DNA of 64,000 nt from Akkermansia muciniphila (GCA_945900785.1 CAMDJM010000015.1:9041-73040), one strand, 5' to 3'; positions 20,001-29,524 are shown, counted from the first letter of the stretch. Made by a program: numbers and translations. Notes: generated by a model not told the origin, from the letters alone.

Positions 20001-20174
20001 ATAGTTGGATTGGGGCGGGCTGGAAAAAACGGAGACTTCGAAACCATCCGGGACCTTCACGTCTGCGAGAATTTGCTTTTCCCGGGCCGGGACGTCCGGG
20101 GACTGGGCCAGACTGGCGGCCACGGGGAGCAGAAAAAGGGTGAGCGCAGGAACGAAAGGTCGGAAGCGGGGCAT
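17073..20174 (-). CDS. PVC-type heme-binding protein: beta-propeller dehydrogenase-like + HEAT repeats + cytochrome c
   Basis: Signal peptide; VPDGFEV, DLDGDGRAD, DGWLY, GTRN propeller motifs; HEAT-like helices; C-terminal CAACH...GPYL...SLMPPGL. Confidence 0.88.
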   Translation of the reverse strand: MPRFRPFVPALTLFLLPVAASLAQSPDVPAREKQILADVKVPDGFEVSVFSSPPQSNYQVYAAAAPDGTVYISSDKNGSIDREAKRGSVIRLRDLDGDGRADEAKSFVADVDSPRGLVWDHDRLYLMHPPHLSAFVDHNGDGLADEEKVLVKNIAFGFRDRPADHTSNGVTMGIDGWLYLAIGDFGFMEAEGSDGKKLQFRRGGVVRVRPDGTDLQVYAPGTRNILEVAMSPLLDGFARDNTNDGGGWDMRFHHFSGLEDHGYPSLYLNFGGEIIQPIGNYGGGSGCGAAWLDEPGFPAGYQNVPLTADWGKEWIFNHEIAPDGGTFTDKAHEFIRLPRVTDVDVDASSRLYVTGMQGATFTYNGENVGCVLQVKPKGYQPDPLPDFAKSDDAGLVRLLASPSQRRRLEAQRTLLRRGLNGASVTALQAFATNANAPLSGRVAALFALAQGQGEAATAWLTQQIPDAALRPYVVRGLADRGRILPAETIAAITAALKDGSPRTRIEAIVALTRAQATSGSPAIAGLLADADPTVSHTAVQGLIRLEASEACLAVVDVPGTTEARRAGALRVLQSLHTMPVVEGLLTRLSQEKDSARRRGLITALSRLSATDGVWKGDSWGTRPDTSGPYYQAVPWEATAQIAKAISEALAQAPQDEAAFIVSEMSRHKMQDDSAMNLVIAMAGKDQKLVPVALTQLARSGTIPAGALPLLVAAASQPGTSPEDRVTAVTVLAKTDSAEGATASLTALAMLSRKEGSGKAAAAFLAAPKLENYHILFEQAAEKTGTPEGPWADAALLALANRTSGSPEAKQLSQAALDKGWAQPARRAQILRAIGLTQQRSWSDKVLAALSDPDPGVLEAAQKAAEILKLDSSTAAGPKLAALEPAKILEAVLAAKGDAAIGQQIFLQAGCAACHTVNKDEAQRGPYLGTIADTYKRPELAENILDPNKTMAQGFVTNLFEMADGSTQLGFVTTEAADKVVIRNVAAQEITLATADIKKRDKLPTSLMPPGLMLNFTAKDFASLLDYLQSLAKK

Positions 20175-20271
20175 TTAAGGTAGGGATTGGAGAGGGGTTA
20201 AAACAGGGATCCAACTCGGCATGCTACGCCAGGCAAGGGCGGCAATTGTCGTAATTGCCTGATAAAGACAC

Positions 20272-20303
20272 AAAAAAGAGCCTCCCGGCGGACGGGAGGC
20301 TCT
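20272..20303 (-). terminator. rho-independent terminator of the porin-like gene
   Basis: AGAGCCTCCCG/CGGGAGGCTCT stem with an A6 tract on + (U tract on -). Confidence 0.8.
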
Positions 20304-20343
20304 CCTGATTTTTTCAGCAGTCACGGGAACTGCCAAGGACTTC

Positions 20344-21129
20344 CTAGAAGGAAACGCTGAGTTTCACGCCGCCGTAGAGGGTGTCATCAGTGAATTCTTC
20401 AGTGGTACTGAGGGCGATATTGCCAGCCACGTAGGGGGTTAGGGTGGCGGTGGCGGTCAGCTTGATCGGGAAGGCCAGGGAGAGCTTCAGGTGTTGGAAG
20501 TCGCTGTCGCTGGAGTAGTATTCATCGCCGTAGGAAACGAGGGCACCGGGGACGATGCTGAAGTTGTCGGTGACGGCGATAGGAGCGTCGATGCCGAGTT
20601 CGATGTAGGAACCTTCGGTTTCGAAGTCATAATAATAGCCGAGAGCCACATTCACAGGGCCGAGAGCCTTGGAGATGGTGGCACCGATTTCTTCAGCGCT
20701 GCTCACGCCGTTTCCATCACGGGCGCTGCCGTTGAAGAATTCGTAGTGGGTGTAGCCGAGCCCGAGCTTGGCGAAGCCAGCGTCGTAGCTGAGGCCGGCA
20801 TTCAGGTCCAACTCATCATAGCTGATGTCGCTGGAGGAAGTATACCAGGCACCGAGTCCGAGGGACAGGTTGGTGGCGAGAGGCACGGAAACAGCGACCT
20901 GTCCCCAGACGTTCTGCTCGCTGATGAGGAATCCGCGGAAGAAGTAGTGGGTGTCATATCCGACGTCGACGGTGGCGCCAACGCTGTCAAACAAGCCGAC
21001 CGCAGGAGCTGGAGGAGGGCTCACAGGACCTTTGCCGGTGGAAACGGTCGTGCCCGCAAATGCGGAGGCCGCGAGGCTCAGGCTGCCGAGGATGGCGGCA
21101 CCCTGAAGGGTGTTGATGGTTTTTTTCAT
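20344..21129 (-). CDS. outer-membrane beta-barrel protein (TorF/TIGR02001-like porin)
   Basis: Signal peptide, YDTHYFFRG, ELDL, alternating beta strands, C-terminal Phe (LSVSF). Confidence 0.8.
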   Translation of the reverse strand: MKKTINTLQGAAILGSLSLAASAFAGTTVSTGKGPVSPPPAPAVGLFDSVGATVDVGYDTHYFFRGFLISEQNVWGQVAVSVPLATNLSLGLGAWYTSSSDISYDELDLNAGLSYDAGFAKLGLGYTHYEFFNGSARDGNGVSSAEEIGATISKALGPVNVALGYYYDFETEGSYIELGIDAPIAVTDNFSIVPGALVSYGDEYYSSDSDFQHLKLSLAFPIKLTATATLTPYVAGNIALSTTEEFTDDTLYGGVKLSVSF

Positions 21130-21344
21130 GGGTATTATAGTTCCCTTGGTTATTAGGATGGTGCCAAATTCATCTAAAGTATGATTGGCGTCAAGCTGAT
21201 AAGTGACAGAAAAAGTGAGACAAGCGAAAATTCAGGTCTGTCCTGAAGAAAAACCTGAAACCAAGTGTCATTTTCGTAAGGAAAACATTCTTTCCGCAGT
21301 GCCGGTGCCCTTGACGGCTGGGGCCAGCAGGAGAGGGATGGGGG

Positions 21345-21830
21345 ATGAAATTGACTGTTTCTGTTGCCCGGCAGGTGATGCACCTGCTTTCAGATGAAGG
21401 AGAAATAATGAAAACCTGGCCGGTTTCCACCTCGCGTTTCGGGCTGGGATCCATCCCCAATAGCAATTTCACCCCGCTTGGCCGGTTCCGCATCGCCCAA
21501 AAAATCGGCCATGGTGCCCCGGAGCGGACGATTTTCCGCAGCCGGCTGGCCGTGGGGCAATGGGACGGCACTCCAGCAGAGGAAGATTATGTGCTGACGC
21601 GGATTCTTTGGCTGGAAGGCATGGAGGAGGAAAATGCCAATACCTTTGACCGCTATATATATATCCATGGCACCAATCAGGAGGAAGCTATCGGCCAGCC
21701 GGCCAGCCACGGCTGTATCCGCATGAGCAATGCGGCGGTGGCGGCCTTGTTCGACCTCGTGGAGACCGGCACCCAGGTGGAAATCGGCGATGTGCCCCCA
21801 AGCGGGCCGGATTTGAAGGATTTTGTTTGA
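21345..21830 (+). CDS. L,D-transpeptidase (YkuD family)
   Basis: TPLGRF, IYIHGT, SHGCIRM. Confidence 0.9.
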   Translation: MKLTVSVARQVMHLLSDEGEIMKTWPVSTSRFGLGSIPNSNFTPLGRFRIAQKIGHGAPERTIFRSRLAVGQWDGTPAEEDYVLTRILWLEGMEEENANTFDRYIYIHGTNQEEAIGQPASHGCIRMSNAAVAALFDLVETGTQVEIGDVPPSGPDLKDFV

Positions 21831-21903
21831 ACCATTGAACTTTTCCTGGCCATGAACTGTCTTTGATGTCAGATTCCACCCTTCTGCCCCCTTTTTCTGC
21901 CCG

Positions 21904-22839
21904 ATGAAGCCTACTATCCCCTTTGCCCTGCCCGCCACAGCCTGTCTGCTTGGCGCGATCCAACTGACCTTTGCCAATTCCCCTATCCTGAAGGTGAACA
22001 CCCCGGCGCTGAACACCACCAAGGAACTCATCATCATCGGTTCCGCTGAAGATACGGCCGAAACCGATGTAAAGGCTGCCGGAGTGGCTGAAGTGCGTTA
22101 CCAGATCGAGGGATCCAGCAAGTGGGGCCATGCCAAGCTGCTGTCCAAAGGCAAACACTTCACTGGCTGGACCATTGACTTTAAAAACGACAAAACTTCC
22201 GGCAAACGCGTCCTGTTCTACGCCGTGGATATCGCTGGCCTGAAAAGTGGCATCACCAGCATCCGCTTCAAGCGGTCCACCGGATCCCCGTCCGCCACCA
22301 CGCCCACGACGGGCACCGGCACCGGCACGGGCACCGGGACCACCACCACGCCAACGACGAATGGAACCATTACCGGCGATGTGCCCACCGGTTCGCCCAC
22401 CCCGCCTGCTGGCAGCACCCCCCCCACCACCACCACAGCAAAATCAACGGTAAGCATTGCCGCAGAAATCTCCCAAGCCACAGAAGGAGCCAGCGCGACC
22501 ACTTCCAGACCCACTGCCATCGCGGCCATTGCAGGGCGTTACCGCATCTCCCGCACTTCCCCCATCACCGCAGCCCTCACCGTGCAGGTTTCCCTCAGCA
22601 GCACCAGCACGGCGGATACCACGGACTACTCCCTTTCCACTGCCGTGGATCCCACGGTGACGATTCCCGCAGGCTCGGATTCCGTGCTCATCACCCTAAC
22701 TCCTACGACGGATACTGTCACCCCCGAAACGGATGAGACCGTGACCCTGACGCTCCGGGAGTCCACCGACAGCTACACCCTTGGCAGCAGCACCAGCGCC
22801 ACGGTGACCATTAAAAACACCCCGCCGCAAACTCCCTGA
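21904..22839 (+). CDS. secreted protein: Ig-like domain, Thr/Gly/Pro linker, Calx-beta-like domain
   Basis: Signal peptide; (TG)n tract; ATEG...DY...VTIPAG...DTVTPETDETVTLTL...SATVTI. Confidence 0.72.
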   Translation: MKPTIPFALPATACLLGAIQLTFANSPILKVNTPALNTTKELIIIGSAEDTAETDVKAAGVAEVRYQIEGSSKWGHAKLLSKGKHFTGWTIDFKNDKTSGKRVLFYAVDIAGLKSGITSIRFKRSTGSPSATTPTTGTGTGTGTGTTTTPTTNGTITGDVPTGSPTPPAGSTPPTTTTAKSTVSIAAEISQATEGASATTSRPTAIAAIAGRYRISRTSPITAALTVQVSLSSTSTADTTDYSLSTAVDPTVTIPAGSDSVLITLTPTTDTVTPETDETVTLTLRESTDSYTLGSSTSATVTIKNTPPQTP

Positions 22840-22946
22840 AGTCAGTGGCAAGCCCCCGGTGCAGCCGGACCTGAATCCCTATTCCGCAAAAGACGCCCCC
22901 GCACGGCCTTTTCCGCAATCATGCAGGGTGTGAGACCCGATACACC

Positions 22947-24227
22947 ATGATCCTTCCCCCCAAAGGCCGCCGTCCTCTCCTCGTGCTCGCCGGCAGTCTG
23001 CTGATCCTGCTGCTGGGCTATTTGCTCACCAGGACCAGCCAATCCCCTGACTTGCTCAAATCCCGTCCTGGCAGTGCGCCCGGCACCGCCGCCAGCAGTT
23101 CCACGCCGGGCAGCGCCGCTCCATTGGAGAGCAAAACCAAACCGGCGAATCCCGGAACTTCCGCCCCCGCCGGGAACCTGCCCTTCACCGCCTCGGAAAA
23201 CTATCCCGCCGCGCTCGCCATCGCTGGCATGCAGGATGAAGCCACCCGCAGCGAAGCCTTGGAAGCCCTCATGGAAACCTGGGTCACCACCCAGCCGGAA
23301 CAAGCCGCCAACTGGGCCGGCAGCCTGCCCGCCGGGACCTTCCGCGACGATGCCCTCTCGGCCCTCATGTTTCACTGGGGCGCACAAAATCCCGCCGCCG
23401 CCGCCCAGTGGATGACCCGCACCGGAGTCGATGACCCCGAGGCCGCCTCTGTTCTCGCTGGCCGTTGGGGGCAGACGGATCCCTCCGCCGCCGCCGGTTG
23501 GGCCGCCGCCATGCCGGAATCCGACACCCGGCAGACCGCTATCGCCGCCATCGCCGCCTCATGGGCTGCCACCTCACCCCTGGCTGCCGCTGCCTACGCT
23601 GACAAACTGCCTCCCGCCGACCGCACCCAGGCCATCACCGCCGTCCTCACGCAATGGGCTGACATCGCCCCCGCTGCTGCCGCCGCCTGGCTGTCCAACA
23701 TCGACTTCCCCTCCCCTGACGATCAAAGCCTCGCCCTCGCCGCCCTCATTACCCCATGGGCTTCCCAAAGCCCCTCCGCCGTCGCCAAATACATCAACGC
23801 CCTGCCCGAAGGCCCTGCCCGTGAAGCCGCCTCCAGCCAATTCGCCATCTCCGCCGCGGCCACCGCCCCGGCGGAATCGCTCATGTGGGCCATGAATCTC
23901 AAAGATCCCGTCCAGCGGAATCAGGTCGTCACCGACGCCTGTGAAGCCTGGTATGATCAATCCCCCGACACCTTCCGCAGCGGCATCGGCGAGGCCATCG
24001 CCCTCATGGAAGACCCCACCATGCGCCGGGGGGTCTATCAAATGCTTTACGAGCGGGACCCCGCCTTCCAGACCAGTCTGCTGCAGATGGCCGACCAGGC
24101 TCCCGCCGCCCCTGGCCCAACCTCTGCTGTCCCGGAGCCTGTCACCGTCAGCCCCGTTCCGGCAGAGAATGATCCCTTCGCCCCCGCGCCAGCAGAGTCC
24201 GCTCCGCCGGATCCCGCTTCCCGCTAG
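22947..24227 (+). CDS. membrane-anchored alpha-helical repeat protein
   Basis: N-terminal TM then about 8 repeats of W-x4-P-x2-A-x2-[WY]. Confidence 0.75.
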   Translation: MILPPKGRRPLLVLAGSLLILLLGYLLTRTSQSPDLLKSRPGSAPGTAASSSTPGSAAPLESKTKPANPGTSAPAGNLPFTASENYPAALAIAGMQDEATRSEALEALMETWVTTQPEQAANWAGSLPAGTFRDDALSALMFHWGAQNPAAAAQWMTRTGVDDPEAASVLAGRWGQTDPSAAAGWAAAMPESDTRQTAIAAIAASWAATSPLAAAAYADKLPPADRTQAITAVLTQWADIAPAAAAAWLSNIDFPSPDDQSLALAALITPWASQSPSAVAKYINALPEGPAREAASSQFAISAAATAPAESLMWAMNLKDPVQRNQVVTDACEAWYDQSPDTFRSGIGEAIALMEDPTMRRGVYQMLYERDPAFQTSLLQMADQAPAAPGPTSAVPEPVTVSPVPAENDPFAPAPAESAPPDPASR

Positions 24228-24283
24228 GCCCGGCGCGCCCGTGGCCCTCCCTGCCCAGCCCCCACTTAACTCCTCCCGGCCCC

Positions 24284-25021
24284 ATGCGACTCCATCTGCT
24301 TCTCCTCCTGGCCATCGCCTGTCCCGCCTGCCAGCAGGCCCGCCAGATCGGCAGCGGTCTCTCCTCCGGCTCCAGTTATGTCAGCCGCCCCATCGTCAGT
24401 GGTTCCAAAAAACTGGCCAGCGCGACCGCCAGCGGCTCCCGTGCCGTAGCCAATGCCACCGTCAGCGGATCCCGCAAAGTCGCCGCCGCCACCGTCAGCG
24501 GAGCCAAAGCCCTCGCCGCTGGAGCCACCCGGCTCATCACCTTTGGCAGCGCCACCCGTCCGGCCCCTCCAGCCCCCCTGGCTCCCCGGAAGGACAACAG
24601 CCCCGCCCTGCCCGCCGCCCACGCCTTCCCCACCAGCGGCCTCCTCGTCACCGAAGACGAACTCGGCCCCGACGCCACCCGCCTCCAGTCCACCGCTGTC
24701 AACCTCGCCGGCGGCTGGGTTCTCAACGGCAGCGATCTCGCCTATCGCCTCCCCCCGGGAGCCGATGACCCCAGCGCCCTCCGCGTCAAAGGCTCCCCTG
24801 CCACCGCCACCCTGACTTCGGAAGACACCACCACCACCGCCAGCGCCCGGGAAATCCACTATCACTCCGCCAATCAGGTCCTCACCCTCCGCGGCAATGC
24901 CGCCCTCGCCTCCGCCGGCACCACCATCACCGGCACCGCCTCCAGCACTTCCATCAAAATCCACCTCCCCACCGGAGCCATCGCCATCGACGGCCCCGCC
25001 CGCTGGGGCAGTGGCCTTTAA
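24284..25021 (+). CDS. lipoprotein with 11-aa repeats and C-terminal LptA/OstA-like domain
   Basis: Lipobox-like CPAC; ASAREIHYHSANQVLTLRGNAAL...TITG resembles the OstA beta-jellyroll. Confidence 0.6.
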   Translation: MRLHLLLLLAIACPACQQARQIGSGLSSGSSYVSRPIVSGSKKLASATASGSRAVANATVSGSRKVAAATVSGAKALAAGATRLITFGSATRPAPPAPLAPRKDNSPALPAAHAFPTSGLLVTEDELGPDATRLQSTAVNLAGGWVLNGSDLAYRLPPGADDPSALRVKGSPATATLTSEDTTTTASAREIHYHSANQVLTLRGNAALASAGTTITGTASSTSIKIHLPTGAIAIDGPARWGSGL

Positions 25022-25151
25022 ACTCCAGCCAGCCGCCCACAGCCAACCACTGCGGAAAATGAAGTTCCATCTTCCCTCCGCCTTCAATCCATGCTTGCGT
25101 GAAGGGTAATCCGCCCTGTGCCCGGCTATCCCTTCACAGCCCTCTTCACCC

Positions 25152-25385
25152 ATGCTTCCTCCCCTCCGCCTGATTTTCCTTCTGGCCATCTGCTCCACTC
25201 TCACTTCCTGCGGCACCGTCTCCCACCTGCTGGGCCAGGCAGGTGGCTTGGTCAATTCCATCACCAGCCCTGTCCTCGGTGCGGTGCGCCTTTCGGACTC
25301 GCCCGATCTTTCCCCGGCCTCCAAAACCGAGCCCGCCTCCCGGTCCCATGACATCCGCCCAGCTCCTGCAAAGCGCGCAAACTGA
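25152..25385 (+). CDS. small lipoprotein
   Basis: Hydrophobic N-terminus with LTSC lipobox. Confidence 0.55.
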   Translation: MLPPLRLIFLLAICSTLTSCGTVSHLLGQAGGLVNSITSPVLGAVRLSDSPDLSPASKTEPASRSHDIRPAPAKRAN

Positions 25386-25647
25386 CGCCGCGCCCCCTGC
25401 GTCCCTCAGCCCGGAAGCCACCACCCTCTGGCTGATCAAAGCCATGCGCTGGGAAGAGGCCCACAACATCGCCCAGGACATCCCCAGCCGCACCGGCTCG
25501 TGGCTCCACGCCCTGCTCCATCTCATCGAGGGCGACTCTGGCAATGCCGGCTACTGGTTCGCCCGGGCGGGACGCCCAGCCGTGCCGGTTTCAGAAATCG
25601 ACGCAGAATGGGACCGGCTCGCTGCCGCAATCCTGTCAGGACAGTGA
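25348..25647 (+). CDS. conserved hypothetical protein (TPR-like, HxxEGDxxNAxYW)
   Basis: WEEAHNIAQD...WLHALLHLIEGDSGNAGYWF pattern. Confidence 0.75.
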   Translation: MTSAQLLQSAQTDAAPPASLSPEATTLWLIKAMRWEEAHNIAQDIPSRTGSWLHALLHLIEGDSGNAGYWFARAGRPAVPVSEIDAEWDRLAAAILSGQ

Positions 25648-25679
25648 GTGAAACGCGACGCTTCGCCGCGCCAGGATGC

Positions 25680-25814
25680 TGACGGGCCGCGGACGGCACG
25701 GATACAACTGATAATCAAGGATATACGCAGAATGGAAGCTTCACCCGGAAGGTGAATCATTCAATTCCCATCCATCAGTGATTATCAGTATCATCTGCCA
25801 TCCGTGGACCGTCA
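25680..25814. repeat. imperfect long inverted repeat (MITE/REP-like)
   Basis: TGACGGGCCGCGGACGGCACGGATACAACTGATAATCA pairs imperfectly with TGATTATCAGTATCATCTGCCATCCGTGGACCGTCA; internal TTCACC/GGTGAA hairpin. Confidence 0.6.
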
Positions 25815-26003
25815 TTTCCCACGTAAGGAGTGGTAAAGGCTGCCAATTTACGTGATAGCCGCCTCCGGTTGGTGCACCCCTGCGTTGATAAGCCAGCGGT
25901 GCAAAATCCAAACAAAGCCTGAAATTGGAACGCTCCCTCCCTCAGGAGCCATTGACACCCCCGGCATCCCCATCATTTTCGTCCTTCCCAGACCACCCTA
26001 AAA

Positions 26004-27203
26004 ATGGATAGCCTCTCTTTCCCTGCTGCTTCCGCTGACCGCGAATTCACCTCCGCTGCCCCAGGCTACTGGGACGGTGAAAACATCTCTCCTGCCGATT
26101 GGAACAGTTGGGCGTGGCAAATGAGAAATCGGGTCACCACCCTGGCAGGGTTGGAATCCCGCCTCGTCCTCACCGAAGAAGAAAGAGCCGGCGTCATCCT
26201 TTCCGGCAACAAACTCGCCCTCGCCATCACCCCCCACTTTTTCAATTTGATCCACCCTACCGACCCGGATTGCCCCATCCGCCGTCAGGTCGTCCCCCGC
26301 ATTGAGGAGTCCTGGGACAACCCCGAGGAAATGTCCGACCCCTGCGGCGAGGACAGCCACATGCCCGTCCCTGGCCTCGTCCACCGCTATCCGGACCGCG
26401 TCCTCTTTCTCGTCACCGACCGCTGCGCCGCCTACTGCCGCTATTGCACCCGCAGCCGCGTCGTGAGCGGCGTCGGCGAGCAGGAACTCCACACCGAGTG
26501 GGAGGCCGCCTTCCGCTATCTGGAATCACACCCGGAAATCCGCGACGTTCTGCTGTCCGGGGGCGATGCCCTGCTTCTTTCCGATAACAAACTCGAAGCC
26601 CTCCTCAAGCGCCTCCGCAGCATCGAACACATCGAATTCATCCGCATCGGCTCCCGCGTCCCCATTTTCCTGCCCCAGCGTATCACGCCAGAGCTGTGCC
26701 GCATGCTGGCGAAGTATCATCCCCTCTGGATGAGCGTCCACGCCAATCACCCCCGGGAACTCACCACCGAGGTCAAAGCCGCCCTTGAGCGCCTTGCCGA
26801 CCACGGCATTCCCCTCGGCAATCAGAGCGTGCTCCTCCGCGGCGTCAATGACGACCCCGCCGTCTACAAGATCCTCGTCCAGAAGCTCCTGCGCTGCCGC
26901 GTGCGTCCCTACTATCTCTATCAGTGCGATCTCATAAAAGGCTCCACCCACCTGCGCACCAGCGTCGCCAAGGGCATTGAAATCATCGAACAACTGCGCG
27001 GCCACACCACTGGCTATGCGGTGCCGCAATTCGTCATCGACGCCCCCGGCGGCGGTGGCAAGGTGCCCATCAATCCTGACTACCTCATCAACCGCGACGA
27101 CGGCATGACCCTCATCCGGAACTACGAAAACAAGGTCTTTGCCTACCCTGACCCCGAAGCCCAGCCCCTGCCCTACCAGGTCACCGGCTTCCGCCGGGAC
27201 TGA
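26004..27203 (+). CDS. KamA-family radical SAM protein (lysine 2,3-aminomutase-like)
   Basis: LVHRYPDR, CAAYCRYC, LSGGD, NQSVLL, PYYLYQCD, GGGGKVP (PLP Lys). Confidence 0.92.
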   Translation: MDSLSFPAASADREFTSAAPGYWDGENISPADWNSWAWQMRNRVTTLAGLESRLVLTEEERAGVILSGNKLALAITPHFFNLIHPTDPDCPIRRQVVPRIEESWDNPEEMSDPCGEDSHMPVPGLVHRYPDRVLFLVTDRCAAYCRYCTRSRVVSGVGEQELHTEWEAAFRYLESHPEIRDVLLSGGDALLLSDNKLEALLKRLRSIEHIEFIRIGSRVPIFLPQRITPELCRMLAKYHPLWMSVHANHPRELTTEVKAALERLADHGIPLGNQSVLLRGVNDDPAVYKILVQKLLRCRVRPYYLYQCDLIKGSTHLRTSVAKGIEIIEQLRGHTTGYAVPQFVIDAPGGGGKVPINPDYLINRDDGMTLIRNYENKVFAYPDPEAQPLPYQVTGFRRD

Positions 27204-27223
27204 CCTCCGGCATTGCCCTCCCC

Positions 27224-27982
27224 TCACACCCGCATCGGCAGGCCCTGGCTGGCCAGGTAGGCTTTGGCCTCGGGGATGGTGTATTGGCCGAAGTGAAAAA
27301 TGCTCGCCGCCAGCACCGCATCCGCTTTGCCTTCCTGCAGCACCGTCACCATGTGATCCAGATTCCCCGCGCCGCCACTGGCAATCACCGGGATGGTGAC
27401 GGCTTCGCTCACGGCCCGTGTCAGAGCGATGTCGTAACCGTTTTTCGTGCCATCCGCATCCATGCTGGTGAGAAGGATTTCCCCCGCCCCCCGGCGGCAG
27501 ACTTCCGCTGCCCAGGCCACGGCATCCAAGTCCGTCCGGTTGCGCCCGCCATGCGTGTAGACCTGCCACGTGCCATCCCCATTCGAGCGCGCATCAATAG
27601 CCACCACGATGGCCTGATTGCCAAAAGCCGCCGCTCCCTCATTGATGGCCTGCGGGTTTTGGATGGCGGCGGTGTTCAGGCTCACCTTGTCAGCGCCAGC
27701 CAGGAGCAGCCGCCGCATATCCGCCACGGTGCGGATGCCGCCGCCTACAGTGAGCGGCATAAAACAACGCGCCGCGGTGCGCTCGACCACATCCAGGATC
27801 GTCCCCCGCCCATCGGAGGAGGCCGTAATATCCAGAAAGACCAATTCGTCCGCGCCCTGATTGTTATAAGCGACCGCACATTCCACCGGGTCGCCGGCAT
27901 CGCGGAGTTCAAGGAATTTCGTGCCTTTCACGACACGGCCTTGGTCGACATCGAGACAGGGAATGATGCGGCGGGTAAGCAT
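27224..27982 (-). CDS. hisF: imidazole glycerol phosphate synthase cyclase subunit
   Basis: [48 protein letters not shown]. Confidence 0.97.
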   Translation of the reverse strand: MLTRRIIPCLDVDQGRVVKGTKFLELRDAGDPVECAVAYNNQGADELVFLDITASSDGRGTILDVVERTAARCFMPLTVGGGIRTVADMRRLLLAGADKVSLNTAAIQNPQAINEGAAAFGNQAIVVAIDARSNGDGTWQVYTHGGRNRTDLDAVAWAAEVCRRGAGEILLTSMDADGTKNGYDIALTRAVSEAVTIPVIASGGAGNLDHMVTVLQEGKADAVLAASIFHFGQYTIPEAKAYLASQGLPMRV

Positions 27983-28041
27983 GGGGGAAATCTTGAATTC
28001 TAAAATGGGAAACGGCTGAAGCCGTGCTTTGGTGGGTCACG

Positions 28042-28410
28042 ATGAATGAACTCGAGACAGTGAGCAAGGCCTTGGGGCTGGAGGTTTTCCAGCGGCATCT
28101 TTTACTCTGCGCCGACGCCGCAGAGGCCAAATGCTGCGGGCGGGAAGAAGGGCTGCGGTCCTGGGAGTTTTTAAAAGCGCGTCTGAAGGAACTCGGGCTG
28201 GCAGGGCCAAAGCCCCAAGTCTTCCGCACCAAAGCAGGCTGCCTGCGCGTCTGCGTGCAGGGCCCCATCGCCGTCGTCTACCCGGAGGGCACCTGGTATC
28301 GGCATTGCACCCCCGCAGTGCTGGAGCGGATCATCCAGGAACACCTCATCGGCGGCGTGCCCGTGGCGGAGTATATCTTCGCCGTCAATGTCCTGGGGAA
28401 TGATAAGTGA
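28042..28410 (+). CDS. thioredoxin-like [2Fe-2S] ferredoxin
   Basis: HLLLC...[26 protein letters not shown]. Confidence 0.88.
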   Translation: MNELETVSKALGLEVFQRHLLLCADAAEAKCCGREEGLRSWEFLKARLKELGLAGPKPQVFRTKAGCLRVCVQGPIAVVYPEGTWYRHCTPAVLERIIQEHLIGGVPVAEYIFAVNVLGNDK

Positions 28411-28589
28411 TAGCGATCCACCAGGGAGGGCGGACCTGTTGTCCAGGCGTTTCCAGAACTCCCCATCATCAGGAGCGCTCCCCGTCTGCCCTCCGGGAAT
28501 GCAGGCCGCCATTCTCCCGCTGAGCCGGGCCAAGGATCCGGCAGCCGGTTGATCACGATGGCATCCGTGAATACTACAGTAAAAATTTC

Positions 28590-29501
28590 ATGTCCGATAT
28601 TTTCACCGTCACTCCTGAACAGGCCGGCCAGCGCCTTGACCGCTTTCTCTGCACCTGCCTGCCGGAACTTTCCCGGGCCCGGCTCCAGGCCCTCATCAAA
28701 GAGGGGGCCGCCACCTTGAATGGCAGGGCTTTCAAGCCAAGTCAGGAAACAAATGCCGGGGACGTCATCGCGCTGGAAATCCCCCCGGACAAACCAGCGG
28801 AAGCCCAGGCGCAGGATCTGCCGCTGACGATTCTTTATGAGGACGATCACCTGGCCATTCTCAATAAGGCCAGCGGGATGGTGGTGCACCCGGCCCATGG
28901 GAATGAGGACGGCACGGTGGTGAATGCGCTGCTGCACCGTTATGGGGCCTTGAGCAGCATCGGGGGCGTCGCCCGGCCCGGCATTGTGCACCGGCTTGAC
29001 AAGGAAACCAGCGGCTGCCTGGTGGTGGCCCGGAATGACCACGCGCACCAGCACCTGAGCGCCCAATTTGCCGGACGTGAGGTGGATAAAATCTACTTGG
29101 CCGTGACCTACGGCACGCCCCAGACGGCCTGCGGCACGATCCAAACCCATCTGGGGCGGGATCCCCATGACCGGTTGAAAATGGCGGTGCTGCCGGCCCC
29201 GGCCGGGAAATGGGCCCATACGGATTATGAGGTGCTCCACGTCCTGACGGGCGATGCGCTGGTCAAATGCACCCTGCACACCGGCCGCACGCATCAGATC
29301 CGCGTGCACCTGAAGCACTTGGGGCACCCCTTGCTGGGGGACGCCACCTATGCGCGGAAAACGAAGCAAACCCACGCGCCACGCCTCATGCTGCACGCCT
29401 GGAAGCTCACCCTGACCCATCCCGTCTCCGGGCAGCGTCTGGCGATGGAAGCTCCCTTGCCCCCCGAGTTCCGGCCCTGGTTGCCGCCCCATATGGAATG
29501 A
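28590..29501 (+). CDS. rluD: RluA/RluD-family pseudouridine synthase with S4 domain
   Basis: RLDRFL S4 domain, NKASGMVVHP, RPGIVHRLDKETSG, TGRTHQIRVH, LHA. Confidence 0.88.
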   Translation: MSDIFTVTPEQAGQRLDRFLCTCLPELSRARLQALIKEGAATLNGRAFKPSQETNAGDVIALEIPPDKPAEAQAQDLPLTILYEDDHLAILNKASGMVVHPAHGNEDGTVVNALLHRYGALSSIGGVARPGIVHRLDKETSGCLVVARNDHAHQHLSAQFAGREVDKIYLAVTYGTPQTACGTIQTHLGRDPHDRLKMAVLPAPAGKWAHTDYEVLHVLTGDALVKCTLHTGRTHQIRVHLKHLGHPLLGDATYARKTKQTHAPRLMLHAWKLTLTHPVSGQRLAMEAPLPPEFRPWLPPHME

Positions 29502-29524
29502 AGCCCGCGCATGCGGTGCGCGGG

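Noticed and set aside
22300-22345. ACCGGC/ACGGGC tandem repeats
   Set aside because: Encode the (TG)n linker of a secreted protein; not CRISPR or a separate element
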